From Oopsacas minuta (Eukaryota; Animalia; Porifera), in assembly GCA_024704765.1 (NCBI GenBank), contig JAKMXF010000221.1:124001-188000 (forward strand): 64,000 nt of DNA, read 5' to 3'. The first letter of the stretch is position 1; each line of letters starts with the position of its first letter. Below the pieces are notes generated by a model that saw only the letters and a list, made by a program, of their open reading frames with translations, made no database searches and had not been told where the DNA came from. The position numbers and the translations under genes are program-made. This document shows positions 48,001-59,434 of this stretch, piece after piece.

Positions 48001-50603
48001 AAATAATAACATTATGTATATAAATAAAATCTAGTGAGATAAGATTAAGTAACAACGAGAAACTTTCCACCCACAAGTATACACTGAATTACGCAAATGA
48101 GTAAACAGACAATTAATCAATAAAATAGAACGGAAATTGGTAGATTGTGGGGTATAAAATAAATCGAGATAAATAGGAATTACACGATTTAACTAAAATG
48201 ACAATTCTAGAAGTGTATTTCATCAATTGGTATATGAAGCTAGCATACTTCGGAAACTTTGCATATTGCTGCTTCTTGCTAACTTGGATATTTGCATTAG
48301 CTTACGAGGTGCGAATAACTTCGAAAAAGTTGAAACGACTCAATTCTCTAGCTCTTGATAATCCCAGTCTTTGGGAACAACATTATTCCAATAATATCTT
48401 CAAACATATACTAATGATAATTATTGTATTGCTAGAGATGGCAATAACTGGGTTACTCCAAATGGATGCATTGTATATTCCAACACATTTCTCATTATAC
48501 AAGAATGAAACTGACATAATTCAGCCTACAACGACAGATTCATCTATCCTAGACTGTATAGGACAAGATAATTTTGTAGGAATAGGAGTGGGAGTGTTTA
48601 GTGTTGAGATGTCAGTGTACTTGTATATAATATTGACTTACAGTTTATGTCTAAACTTCTACTCAATGGTTTTCGCCAACAAAATAAAATTGAAGAAACA
48701 AATAAAACCGACTATAACAGGTTATATACTATCTACATCGATAATAGCCCTCATGTTATCAAAGTATACTATAGTATTGGGTATATTTGGTTATGTAATA
48801 CTGTTAGTATCAGCTGTCCTATACTTGGTTATAAGTCATAAACGATTAATTAGAACAATTCAAGCTAAGAGATTTGATGTTTATCAGGAGAGATCAAAAT
48901 GTCAGGCCAGGAGAATCGATAAAGAACTTAACTATGCAAGGAAGATAGGTGGGTTTATCATAATAATCGGGATAATTAGAGTTGTATCCGTATTCTTCTC
49001 CGGTTCCATCGATGCTATTATAATTCCCATAGTACAAAATCCGTGTTTGATAGGATATGTTAGTAATGTTCAAAACATTTATCCACAAATTGATGGGATT
49101 ACTCAGACAATTGCTCAGGTTGTTTTTACACTCGGAAAGATTGTAAATATGTCGTATGTATTGCTTATATTGAGTGTAAACATAATTGTAGTTTGTATAT
49201 ACTACTACCAGAAGAAAGTACAATTACAGAATATTGTCAATAAGAAATATACAACTTATGGTATGACACTGAGAAAAAGATTGTTAGAGTAATTATACGT
49301 ATTTTTTATATGCAAATTTAGTAATTATGTTGTTCTAAGTTAATTTTAAAACATTTATTAAATATTATGTGGGTGTGCATTAATTTAAGCGAATAAGCGA
49401 AAAATGTGAGTAGAAACAAACCTTGCTCGTGCTGATTCTTTCTTTTCAATCATAGCAGCTCTGAGCACTTCTTCCCTCTGTTTCTCAAGGAACGCGTATC
49501 TCTCCCCAGAACTCTCCTGGTACCTGGAAACCAAGGGGACCGAGTGAACAGAGGGGAATGAAGAGGAGCTAGATGGAGACGGTGTAGGGATAGTAGGCGG
49601 AAACTACAAATATATAAAATAATAAAGTAGAGTCAAATAGTTTTAGAATGAATAATTAGAATAACCTGTCTGGGATTAGCATTGATCCACTCTATCGCTT
49701 TCTCTACACTGGTGTTGTCAGTTTGAATTAGAGCTTGAGAAGCTTGCTCAGAAGTGTAACCCATATCCAACAAACCTACCAAAAGACCTCCTCTTGGTAT
49801 TGTAGTGGAGGGTACTGAGGGAGGGGCAGCAACTGGGATAGTCGGATTCGTGAACACATTCCCACTTTTCTCCGTCCCAGTTAGTTTAAGTGTAGAGCGT
49901 TCTGGAGCGGAGACAATAGGTTGTCCTGTACCTTCACTCAATAAAGATAACACCACGGATACATCGATTCCAGCAGGCAGGATAAGAAACTCGTTTTTTT
50001 CATCTGTTTGAAATCCAATGACAAATAGTAGGAATTGTGCTGGTTCGATTTCCCAAACATATCTGTAGAAATAAACACTAGGCCTAAACATATAACAATA
50101 CTTGTAACAGAGCTGTGTAATTAAAGTATTGTTCTGAAGCAGCAATAGAAACGCTGGTAATAATAGTGATTTTATTATGATACAAAGAAATACTACAGAG
50201 ATCCCTGATCCATGTGTATACCCATTACCCCTATAGATCCGCAAATATTAATATATGTTAATAATCTTGATTCCGCACTGTCAGACAGAACATTTGAATA
50301 GAAAATTTCATATGAAAAGTCAATTCTTGAATTGAGTAGGTTCGAAGTTCAAGAGGTGTTTATTATAATACACAATTCATATATACATACAAATATCAAT
50401 TATCAAACAATTGAGTTTAAGGTAAATAAAGTTAAGTACCTTCTAAATCTGTCGTTAGATAATTTAATACTCCTAAACTTCTCTACACCAGGATTGGTAG
50501 CTATTTTCTGAAGAATTCGAATAAGCAAGCTGATAGACTCACGGGACGATTCTTGGTCTGATAGAGATCTGATTTGGGAAATACAAAGACGTGCATCTTC
50601 CAT
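39053..50603 (-). CDS. PUB-UBA-coiled coil-UBX-thioredoxin-fold protein (543 aa); exons 50603-50440, 50062-49666, 49603-49422, 46224-46014, 39854-39608, 39483-39053
   Basis: All five introns are GT-AG with matching phases (2,0,2,0,1); total 1632 nt. PUB LLIRILQKIATNPGVEKFRSIKLSN; UBA LLDMGYTSEQASQAL..SVEKAIEW; UBX VSIRVRLPNGS..PEAT|VHELYSQV; TRX fold LEKAPPKTLVVLM..FMKVD..LPCFHFYKN. Confidence 0.8.
39960..40340 (+). pseudogene. Possible decayed NHL/beta-propeller-like fragment inside the long intron
   Basis: One frame reads YTLFVEEFGFRVWSNFGT and ELDVPTNKDSSTYVTNYGQ*NFVLLS with several stops, loosely like an NHL repeat (P.GL.V...IYVTD.GN..V). Confidence 0.2.
42215..44080 (-). CDS. Nucleoredoxin-like (no CxxC) + Lys-rich + coiled coil + PH domain protein, nested on the same strand in intron 4 of the PUB-UBX gene
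   Basis: LSGKKFIGIYYAANWIPVS (WCxxC site degenerate), KFEIEEIPILVVLD; coiled coil; PH domain GWMHKRG..WRNRYF..LYYYKS..GTISI..LELRAPNETTRDSWINSI. Intronless 626-aa ORF; likely start MSDET. Confidence 0.85.
   Translation of the reverse strand: MSDETSNLEIRDGESYFEWINRNTKIVNKENEQIPFEVLSGKKFIGIYYAANWIPVSKNYLQIIDNAVNAMEAREGCSMGMLLASCDVNNQNMMEFVSTANITFPIIPPDSKFTEALKEKFEIEEIPILVVLDVENNSIVDKVDKLKLESLLDKETPEIMCDTWLGISNHSPEESPSAERKLIGKEKKQQAKAEKERLKKEAAEKKKQDKFEKVEQKKVAKLEKQKSKEIKKRKKSGLQEDTISVNSQIPGDDNGPMSPVSQTTIDREISPVLNATGTEEARVSVPTTPLAYNVVRDGNDDLSDSSGCSTDTPLEKRKKKKRSLVLWGKTDTPKQKDKEQDAQVAALIQKNNELEHQISELKQNKQEQETETKELHEQVDSLNGVIADKDNALKALEYRNSELSSQLLESKRNINNISEEKDILVIELSGLKEDFSVAKEELKNAQNHVEDIELEKQVRETEHQKFVEMTELNGWMHKRGRKSFTRGMWRNRYFQAGEGFKLYYYKSPKMKNLRGTISIGDIIKVEPVENSKGTLLTISTDSSTLELRAPNETTRDSWINSITFLSHYCKKYHASSERISGEKPDSETTIDETATKQKKDGSTTEITKAPETNEISPVTVN
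45724..45777. repeat. 27-bp direct repeat, 2 copies
   Basis: ACTACCAAGATCTTGTCTACATCAGAC followed by ACTACCAAAATCTTGTCTACATCAGAC. Confidence 0.9.
48198..49292 (+). CDS. Orphan 7TM protein, family member 2, nested antisense in intron 3 of the PUB-UBX gene
   Basis: About seven hydrophobic segments; motifs WIFALAYEVRITSKK and YSNNIFKHILMIIIVLLE. Confidence 0.75.
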   Translation: MTILEVYFINWYMKLAYFGNFAYCCFLLTWIFALAYEVRITSKKLKRLNSLALDNPSLWEQHYSNNIFKHILMIIIVLLEMAITGLLQMDALYIPTHFSLYKNETDIIQPTTTDSSILDCIGQDNFVGIGVGVFSVEMSVYLYIILTYSLCLNFYSMVFANKIKLKKQIKPTITGYILSTSIIALMLSKYTIVLGIFGYVILLVSAVLYLVISHKRLIRTIQAKRFDVYQERSKCQARRIDKELNYARKIGGFIIIIGIIRVVSVFFSGSIDAIIIPIVQNPCLIGYVSNVQNIYPQIDGITQTIAQVVFTLGKIVNMSYVLLILSVNIIVVCIYYYQKKVQLQNIVNKKYTTYGMTLRKRLLE

Positions 50604-51402
50604 TAATTCTAACAAGTATACTAAATTCTTAATAAATAAAGGACAATAAAAGGTTAATAATTCCTACGATTTGAAGGAATTGAAACGTTTTAAAACGATT
50701 ATTGACACCTTCCGGAGTGTGATGCTGAGTGAGTCAAGTATACATGACACATGCTGACATGCATACAGGTTTGTGAAGAATTTCATATACAGATGCAGGA
50801 AAAATTCAGAACCATACTTAGAATAGTGTCACAAAATGCAATACTATTCGGGCGTGCGTAATTTACGGGACGTGACGTTGTGGTAACCTCCCAAATTCAT
50901 CGCCCCAAAGTGTATTACTATATGCCTCATGTATTCTGTGATATGCTATCGCTATCCCTACTATCCCGGGATAAAAAAAATGCTAGCGATTTACGATCCT
51001 CATGAGTCCCAAAATGCGTGTGTTTAGGCCTGTGTAGGCTTGTTTGTGGACCCAGTGATTTAGGGACCCTTGGTTCCCGGAAACACTAGGGAAATAGGGA
51101 TCAACCCAGTGATATTATAGGCCCCCCACCCGTAGGTCACCTATATAGAATCTAGATGCTCAACTAGATTTGCTAGTTAACCTAGATTCTTTCTTGTACT
51201 CGATATAACAACCTTTCTGTTGTCTCAAAGTATCCTTTCTTGTGTGTTGACTCAGATTCTTTACCGTATCGATTACAGTTTATATGCAAAAGAACCGAAC
51301 ACTACTCACTGTAACGGGGAAGATGATCTGCGTATATAATATAGGGAATAACATATCCTTCTTTGACGATATAGGAAAAGTAAACAATTACATTTGGGTA
51401 AT

Positions 51403-51552
51403 CGAGTATGCTAATTCCGATTTTCACACTTTCGAGTTAATCATATGTAAATTTATTTGTTGGTTTTATGAATATAAAGTAAACAAATAGTTGAAATATT
51501 AATTTTTAATTCAATTTTGCAATTTATACTTTGCTAAATTCGAGGCACGAAG
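51403..51552. mobile_element. Dispersed repeat copy B
   Basis: Shares the 42-nt and 30-nt exact blocks with 19094-19257 and continues into GC-richer repeat-like sequence. Confidence 0.7.
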
Positions 51553-52016
51553 TGCCAGGTCCCAATGCGAATACTGTGTACGCAAGCCGTGTAGCGCGAA
51601 CAAGCCAAGCACAGCTCGTAGTGGTATAATTCGCGACATCCCTTTTCAAAGCGTATACATCACTAATAATATTGACGGTACGAGTCTCTGAGAGTATTGA
51701 AATAGGTCTTGGTTCCTAGCTGCTTTCCCCTGTCAGGCTTCGCTATCTGGATGTATTTCTACTTCCTGACCAACAAAACACTAGCGATTTAGAACCACTA
51801 CGTCCACGAAACGCTAGCTATTCGGCGTATTTATAGCTAGACATTGGGTTTTTTAGCAGGACAAAATTTTTCTTAGCTATATATATATATCGTATCGATA
51901 TTATGAAAGATTGTATTTAAATTTATAAACTAACATAATAATGAAATTTTACCTTCTTTTACCCACCCACCTCAAGAAATAATCATTGAATAGAGCTGTA
52001 GCACGAATTCGTGCGA

Positions 52017-53708
52017 ATGTCAGCTCGTAAACGAACCCAGTCGTCAGAGCCAGACCCAGGGTCTGACCCTCCCTATACCCCTCCCCCTAAAGACACAAGA
52101 GACATAGAGGAAGAGAGGTACCAAGAGTGGTTAGCTAACACACGATTTGTAAAGAACCTCCTAAAAGCTATTTTCGGTATGCTCTTCATTTTCCTGCTTA
52201 TTTTCGTTGTAGCAATTCTGTTTGGTGGTGCTTACTATGAGAGCAATTTCTCTAGCAAAGTTACCAAGGGGAGTCCCGCCCGCTGGTCGCTTGGACTAAA
52301 CCAACAAGTTCCCTCTGATGTAATCTCCCTATTTGAGATTTATGACTCAGATGCTAGTGGAGCAATAGAACCATGGGAGTTCAAATATATAGCAAAGTTG
52401 CTGAACGAGAGGAAGGATGATCCATTTGTGTTTCAAGAGGAAATCCCCGAGGGAGAGGGGATAACTGTATATGCTGAATACTCGCCTATAGTCAATAGCT
52501 CTATGAAAACATTTCAAGATCAGCAGAAGTCATATTTCAAAGGGTTTATGGCTGAAAAGACGCACTTCATTGGACTATTCAATTGGATCAATGCTGAGTA
52601 CCCAAATATGCTACATAGTCAGAAGAATTTCAGATCGTTTCTGCCAGCACATGCTTCCTGGGAGGTTGGTATGTCCTATCGGTTGATCTCATCTATATTC
52701 GGAGAGGACAGAGAGGAAATTTACAATTCTAACCGTTACAATGCTCCTCAACCATCTGGCAGAGAGATTGTGTTCTTCAAACTTCTACAGCAGTTCCATC
52801 ATAACGTGTTCCTACAGAATAGATTCGGCCCTCGTGGAGGTGTAGCAATGATCCGAGCAAAAGCAGGGCCAATAATAGAGGTTGTCTTTCGTATCCACGC
52901 AGAATATCAGCTAAATGAACACCCTCTGCACCCATTCTGGTTCAGCCCTGCCCATTTCACAGGTAACCTCGTATTCAACACTGACACAGACGAAGTGCTT
53001 CAATTTGAGCTATACTTGCCTTCTATTCGTAAACTGAATGTCGATATGGAATGGATAACGGGATCAGATGAACTGGAAGGAGAGAAGATGGAAGTAGATA
53101 TCGGGTACACTTCTGCTATGAAACTCTCTACTAACCAAACATTCGAAATCCCCGCTTGGGATCATGAGAAAACTAAAGAAGAAGCTACTATCGAACTGGA
53201 CCGTGTCCTATACCCTTTCAAGAGAATTCCCTATATAGATATTAGAGACGCGGTAGACACAGCTCGTGTGGAAAACAAACTGGTACACTCCATTATAATG
53301 TGGGGTTCACTAGATGACCAGTCATGCTGAGGATCAGGACGCACACTGCGGGACGGGCCCCTCGCAAGTGATGTCGTCCAACTTACCCTCAAAGAAAATT
53401 TCATTTCTTCCTGGTCACTCATTGTGCATCTAGAAGATTTGATGGCTAACTCTTCTGTCAAGCAAGAAGTAAAGGATCTCCTTAAAAAGACTATGGATTC
53501 TTACGAATTTCCTGTCCAGTCTATGGTGATGAGACCTGATACTGGTGACATTGTTCATATGATTAATGCTAACAAATTAATGGAGTTTAGAGATAGCGAA
53601 GATGCGATCAGAGTCAATATAGATCCTCTTTCTTACTCGTACAATGAATTTCTTCTGGAAGGAATGCGGAAAGCGAGAGAGGAGCAAGCTCCAGTTATCC
53701 CTGAATAA
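52017..53708 (+). CDS. SELENON: Selenoprotein N with in-frame Sec (UGA 53328-53330)
   Basis: TM anchor; EF-hand YDSDASGAIEPWEF; FRIHAEYQL..PFWFSP; WGSLDDQSC-UGA-GSGRTLR continues in frame into the 53424-53708 ORF. Confidence 0.95.
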
Positions 53709-53744
53709 ATATTTAACTTTTTCATGATTTCTTAATAACTTTAA

Positions 53745-53769
53745 TGTCTGACCAGGGCCCGGTCAGACA
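53745..53769 (+). other. 9-bp perfect hairpin in the SELENON 3' UTR
   Basis: TGTCTGACC-AGGGCCC-GGTCAGACA. Confidence 0.6.
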
Positions 53770-53802
53770 AAACTAATAATTACATAATTTAGTGTGTGTT
53801 AA

Positions 53803-53860
53803 CTAACAGTATGAAGTACCCTTGTAAACCTATTGGTGAGGGGTAACTGATCTTTGTTAG
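53803..53860 (+). promoter_or_regulatory. Type II SECIS element
   Basis: Helix I CTAACA/TGTTAG; core ATGA (53811) and TGAT (53848); helix II GTACCCTT/AGGGGTAAC; unpaired AAA (53826-53828); mini-stem CC-TATT-GG. Confidence 0.9.
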
Positions 53861-54018
53861 CTATCACTGCTATATTTTACTATACTGACTTTTTGCCATT
53901 CGTGAATACGACTACTATTAGAAATAGTTTTTTGAATATTTTCATAATTTTGTCATATTATTAACTATCCTATTATTTAACGGTTAACAAGGATTCTGTG
54001 ATTTCTAGAGTTGTATCC

Positions 54019-57016
54019 ATGATTGCACAATTTCACAGAGTGTACTTGTCAGCTGTTTTGCTGATATACTTGACAACACCTTTGCATTACTTCCTGAATC
54101 AGAAGTGTATTGTATTTTCAGTCAATGTATGTCCCGCATACATCGCATTCCTAAGCATTTTCTGGTTTCTATGGCTGGGCCATGTTTCAGCTTTCATCAT
54201 TTTGTCTTTCTCGAATGTAAATTCTAAAGTTGTTATACAAAAGTCTCATTCTGACAGTCGTATCCAATCTATGAAATGTCACATTTGGACTAAGATTGAC
54301 TTGAATTCTTCAGTGGATGATGCCTTGTTAGGAATTATAAATGAAATACTGGCTAACCACGTGTACAGTTGGTATTCTAAAATCAGCTCTGATAAAGCAT
54401 TTACTAATGAGGTTAGAAGGATATTTTATAACTAATTCAGATGAACTTAACCGTAATCGGTTAATATTTTCTTCTCTTAGGTCCGCTCTCTCTTGCACTA
54501 TTTTGTCCGTGCTCTAATACTAAGATTGCAAAAATGTGACGTCACTCGACTCACAAAGCTTAAACTGATTCCCTGCATCCTCCAACACATTCATAACTAC
54601 AAATTTTCTGTCTCTGATAACAGACAGACTAATGAATTCCTCAGACACCGCTCTATTGGTCACGCATACAGTCTCCCTGTATACTGGACCTATGCTGTTG
54701 AGGTCCTGTTACGTCACGTGACACCTCCCAATGTGATATCCTCTAGCTTGATGACCTCCCTGCTGTCACATGCTGTTGGTAACAAAGTTATATCCCAGGG
54801 GGTGTGGAGGATATCACAACCTCTATTCCTGTACCGACTCTTCAACCAACTCCTGGATCCAAATATTGAACCAATCGTTCCTCAAATACCTCCATCTCCA
54901 GACAAACCGCTTCTTTCCCTCCTCCTATCAACACCTATTCCACTAACACGTGTGTTGTCAAATGAAGAACTGGCAATATTTATTAGGTTCTTGCATGATA
55001 CAGGAGAACTCTCTGTTCTTCGCTGTCTGCACGATCTTACCGAGGTCAAGGATCTGCTAGACGGGCCTAAGATCCATAAAGAAGCAGCTGTTTATAAGAT
55101 TAGAGAAGCCAACAACAAATACTTTCTATCACCATGGAAACATCCTCTGCCTCTTGCTGTTACAAATATGGATACTTTAAGGGATAATTTAGAACTTAAA
55201 GTTAGTTCTTTGTATTATATTCTAATATCATATTATATTTAATTACTTCTACTAATAGGCAGAAGCAGACATTATTACAGCGCTACAAGAGTCAAAAGTT
55301 GTCCATCAGCTGTTAGAGGAGTTGATAGCAGTTAGAGATGAATATCTGTATCCTGTCTTCCTGAGGTCTGGGACTTATCGTACTCACGCGCTGTCACATA
55401 GACTCGCCGAGGGGCCTTGTCAGGTGTGTTTATTGTTAAAGTCATGCTATTTTGTAGGATATTGTACATTCCTTTTGCTATCTAGGTAACCAAGTTATCA
55501 GAAGACAGGAGATCGAGTAGGAGTATGTCATTTCGGGTAATTAAGAGAGAAGGCATGTTAAACAGGAATTCTCCCCACTCGTCTCGGAATCTAACCAAAG
55601 CTTCTACAATTGATGTTCCTATCAGTCAAGATAATGTCGGAGAGAAAGAGATATACAGAAGGTATTTAATAAACATAAATCACAAATATTCTTGTATTTA
55701 TACTATCTGCTCTAGGACTATCTCTGAGCCTCCCAATCAGGAGTTATTACCCAAACAGCGATTAGGTCGCACACGTAGCATCGGATTGGAAAACGTGTGT
55801 GTGAATGAAGATCAGCTGGAATTTGATCTGTCAAAATGGGATGTATCTATCAAAGAAGTTACACGTATGAAGAATATTAAAACCGTTTATCAGTTCGTAA
55901 TACACGTGACACGTCGTGACGTAACACCAGAATCTGATTGGAGTATTTTCAGACGCTATTCTGAGTTTGAAGTGCTGGACAGTATGTTGAGGAAGTTCTT
56001 CCCTGCTGCTAGACTGTCTAGTATGCCTAAGAAGATAATGTTTATTTCAACTCAAGAGTTGGAGAATAGACGGAGAGAACTGGAGATTTATCTACAATCT
56101 CTCATAAAGTTTGTTATAATTTTAGGCTATGTATTCATTTGATTTACGAGTTGTAATTAGATGTAGAGAATTACAGAGGTCTGAAGTAGTTTGTAAATTC
56201 CTTTGTGAGTTTAATGATGACAAGCTATTCCAGGGTGAGAACTTTGGCGACCATGCAGGTAGAGTTCTGATGTCTTTGCCTAAGAGCTTCCTCGGTGACA
56301 GGTATCTGTTAGTTTAACACTTTACTAGCAACAATTAGTTAATTATACTTGCGTTTCTTAGATACGAGTTTCTGAACAAACCATTTGAACATTTCATAGA
56401 ATCCACTACTCCCACAATATATAGCCATAAGAATGACGTAATCAAAAAGGTTGAAGCCTCAAATACTGATTGGGAACACAACTCAGCTGAGTACAATAGA
56501 GTATTTGAATCAGCTCCAATATCCCCTCTAAATAATCTACCGCATGAAACTGCTCACACTTTAAGATCCTGGCTTGATATTTGTGAATTTTTGGCTGATT
56601 CTGTTCTATTCGTTCCTCAGTCCGTCAAATTTATGATTGCCTCTCTTAAAATATTCTTACCCCACCAGACTGAAAAGTTGTTAGACACCTCAATGAGTGA
56701 TCTCATAAGTCACTTGTCAAACGAGTCATACGTCACGTATGCAATTAACAAAGCACGTGACTTTCTTTATCACTCTGCTCCACAAGAGGAAAATCGTGAC
56801 TATCTTAAGGTGGAATTTGAGACTCAGAAACAAATTATGAGAGAAAGAATTAGAGTAATAATTCCCCCAGCTGTTGTGAATATTTTTGGAGAGCAGCAGT
56901 TGCTAAGCAACCTCAATCTTGTTGTAGAATGTTTTGGAAATCAAGAAACTAATCAACAATTAATTGCTTCTCTGTTGGATCAGATAATATTAGAACTTTT
57001 TCCAGAAATAAGTTGA
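54019..57016 (+). CDS. SNX14: PXA-RGS-PX-Nexin_C sorting nexin (SNX13/14/25 family, SNX14-like), multi-exon
   Basis: N-terminal TMs; PXA ILANHVYSWYSKISSDKAF; RGS-like FIRFLHDTG; PX RRYSEFEVLD..RRRELEIYLQ; C-terminal NQETNQQLIASLLDQIILELFPEI. Confidence 0.8.
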
Positions 57017-57081
57017 TGTAAATATCCTTAAATTTGTACAAAGTTATGATTTTTTTCTAGATATATATTACGTTACATCGT

Positions 57082-57876
57082 ATGCTTCCATTGAGAATAA
57101 CGAGATTCAAATTCTGCTCCCTTCTAGCTCGCCTCAATCCTCTCCACAGATTCATGGCTACAGCTAAGAGTACAGATGTTGGTTTCCTGGGTCAACAAGA
57201 CTCCATAGCTATAGATCAAGAACTCGTGAATACATATAAATTCACGGTAGAACAGCTGATGGAGGTAGCAGGGCTAAATGTTGCAGATATTGTAGCAGAC
57301 ATTTACCCAAAACAACACGAATCAGATAAAGTATTAATCTGTGTGGGTCCGGGACATAACGGAGGAGACGGTTTGATTGCTGCTCGCCATCTCCTGTCAT
57401 TCGGAGTAAACCCTGTCATATTTTGCCCTAAGAGAGCAAAGAGTATAGTTTTGGAGAGGCTAATAGAACAGGTGGAAGCTGTGAGTATCCCAATCCTAGA
57501 TACCCTACCATCTACTGATACTATTTCTAAGGAGTATAGCTTGGTTCTAGACTGTCTGTTCGGATTCAGTTATAAACCTCCCATTAGGAAGCCTTTTGAC
57601 GATGTTCTGAGGTCACTTGTCAATGTCAAAGTTCCTCTCATCTCACTTGATATTCCATCAGGCTGGGATGTAGAACAGGGACCAGGAGATGTAGCAGAGG
57701 ACATGAGACTACAGCCTGAAACTCTCATCTCCCTCACTGCTCCCAAACTAGGTTCCAAACACTTCAAGGGGAAGCATCACTTCCTCGGTTTGAGGATGGT
57801 CCCACCCCAACTGCTAAAGAAGTTTGGAGTAAATTTCCCTCTCATTCCAGGTACTAAGCAGTATATTGAGATATAA
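57082..57876 (+). CDS. NAXE: NAD(P)H-hydrate epimerase (YjeF_N)
   Basis: QLMEVAGL, GPGHNGGDG, DCLFGFS, SLDIPSGWDVE, LISLTAPK. Confidence 0.95.
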   Translation: MLPLRITRFKFCSLLARLNPLHRFMATAKSTDVGFLGQQDSIAIDQELVNTYKFTVEQLMEVAGLNVADIVADIYPKQHESDKVLICVGPGHNGGDGLIAARHLLSFGVNPVIFCPKRAKSIVLERLIEQVEAVSIPILDTLPSTDTISKEYSLVLDCLFGFSYKPPIRKPFDDVLRSLVNVKVPLISLDIPSGWDVEQGPGDVAEDMRLQPETLISLTAPKLGSKHFKGKHHFLGLRMVPPQLLKKFGVNFPLIPGTKQYIEI

Positions 57877-58014
57877 ATTTAGATATTGAATTATTGAGAA
57901 TTTATAGTTTTAGTTGATTCAATATAGCGGTGGTTTATACAATGTGGTATGTATAATATGTACAAATTGAGGAATCAATCTCTATCTTTAATTTAATAGA
58001 ACATTGTAGCCCCA

Positions 58015-58953
58015 ATGAAGCCAGTATTAGCAGACAAATACACACGAAATGTTACAACTGTAGATTACATTACAGCTAGTGTAGCTGATCGGACTCAGCT
58101 TTCTACACTAGTATCTGAATTCAATGATCTATTGCCTCTTCCTCCTCGATTTTGTCACTTAAAGAGAGTTAAGTCTACAAATATCGAAAATAAAAAGAAG
58201 TATTACATATTAATGGTTCCTTTCAAACAATTACCAGCTGGTGTTTCTCTGTTTACTTGTGTGAAACATTTACTACCATCTCTCCCGATAGAAATAACCA
58301 AATGCTTAGGTGATATAACTGTTGTTAAGGTTCCTGACTACATACCGCTTACCTCAATGCAGTATACTTATGCTAAGAATCTCTGGCCAACAGTGTACTC
58401 ACATAATCCAAAGATCGAAAAACAATTGAGTAAGAATCCATTTTCTGCTACTGAACTCTTACGTATGAAAGAATATATGAGAAGTGCTCTACAGTTAGCT
58501 AATAATGCTAGGTTAAATGGAGCTCTCCCTGTAGCCTCTGTTATAGTAGATCCTGTTAAGAAGCAGATATTAGCAGGTCAACACCATTCTGTAGACAGCT
58601 GTCTAGATCATTCGATTATGCGATGTATACAAGATATAGCTAAATTACAGAAACCCATTGTTACTGGTTCAAAACGAACTATTGATGACAGTGATAATCT
58701 TAATATTTCTAATTCTTCAGAATATTATCTATGCACTGGTTTGGAGGTGTACACAACTCAGGAACCTTGTGTTATGTGCTCTATGGCTCTTGTTCATGCT
58801 AGAATTAGTAAGGTTTTCTATGGAATGGCTAACATAGAGATGGGTGGATTGGGTAGTGTTTATAACATACATTATCAAGAGGGCATTAACCATCATTTTG
58901 ATGTTTATAAAGGATTTCTAGAACAAGATAGTATACAATTATTTCAGAAATAA
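58015..58953 (+). CDS. ADAT3: tRNA adenosine-34 deaminase non-catalytic subunit
   Basis: HLKRV, LWP, HSI in place of the catalytic HxE, YLCTGLEVYTTQEPCVMCSMALVHARI, GINHHF. Confidence 0.92.
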   Translation: MKPVLADKYTRNVTTVDYITASVADRTQLSTLVSEFNDLLPLPPRFCHLKRVKSTNIENKKKYYILMVPFKQLPAGVSLFTCVKHLLPSLPIEITKCLGDITVVKVPDYIPLTSMQYTYAKNLWPTVYSHNPKIEKQLSKNPFSATELLRMKEYMRSALQLANNARLNGALPVASVIVDPVKKQILAGQHHSVDSCLDHSIMRCIQDIAKLQKPIVTGSKRTIDDSDNLNISNSSEYYLCTGLEVYTTQEPCVMCSMALVHARISKVFYGMANIEMGGLGSVYNIHYQEGINHHFDVYKGFLEQDSIQLFQK

Positions 58954-59434
58954 TATACTCAGCCCTAAACTAACTATTTATATGATTCAAAGATACACGG
59001 TTAGTTTGATTGCTTGCTTTTAAATAGTTTTCTAATTTAAGTATTATTCATATTATTATTATTGTTTGAAATGATTGATTAAACTTAACAGTTGCTGTTT
59101 AAGAAATGTTGAACTAACAAAAGTATGTATAATGAAAACAGTTATTTTAAAGATACATAAATCTAGGATGTTTGTGCTCATTTTCAATATTTCTTAACTT
59201 CTCTACCTCATTTCTGTTATATGTAGTCTGTAAATAAATAGAACATTTAAATTCTAGTCAAAAGAGAGTGGTTTTATTATCGATCTTGATTTCCGGAATT
59301 GGTAATTTACATTTTTAGTTACAACCCGATTTCTTTATTGTTTTCAAATTGCTCTAATTGTTCCAGCAGCCTTTTCATTTAACTCACGTCCTTATTAACT
59401 CTTAAGAGAGTCCTTTGCGAACCAGCTAATCAAA

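Noticed and set aside
53231-53461. Antisense ORF across the SELENON UGA
   Set aside because: Shadow of the recoded SELENON frame.
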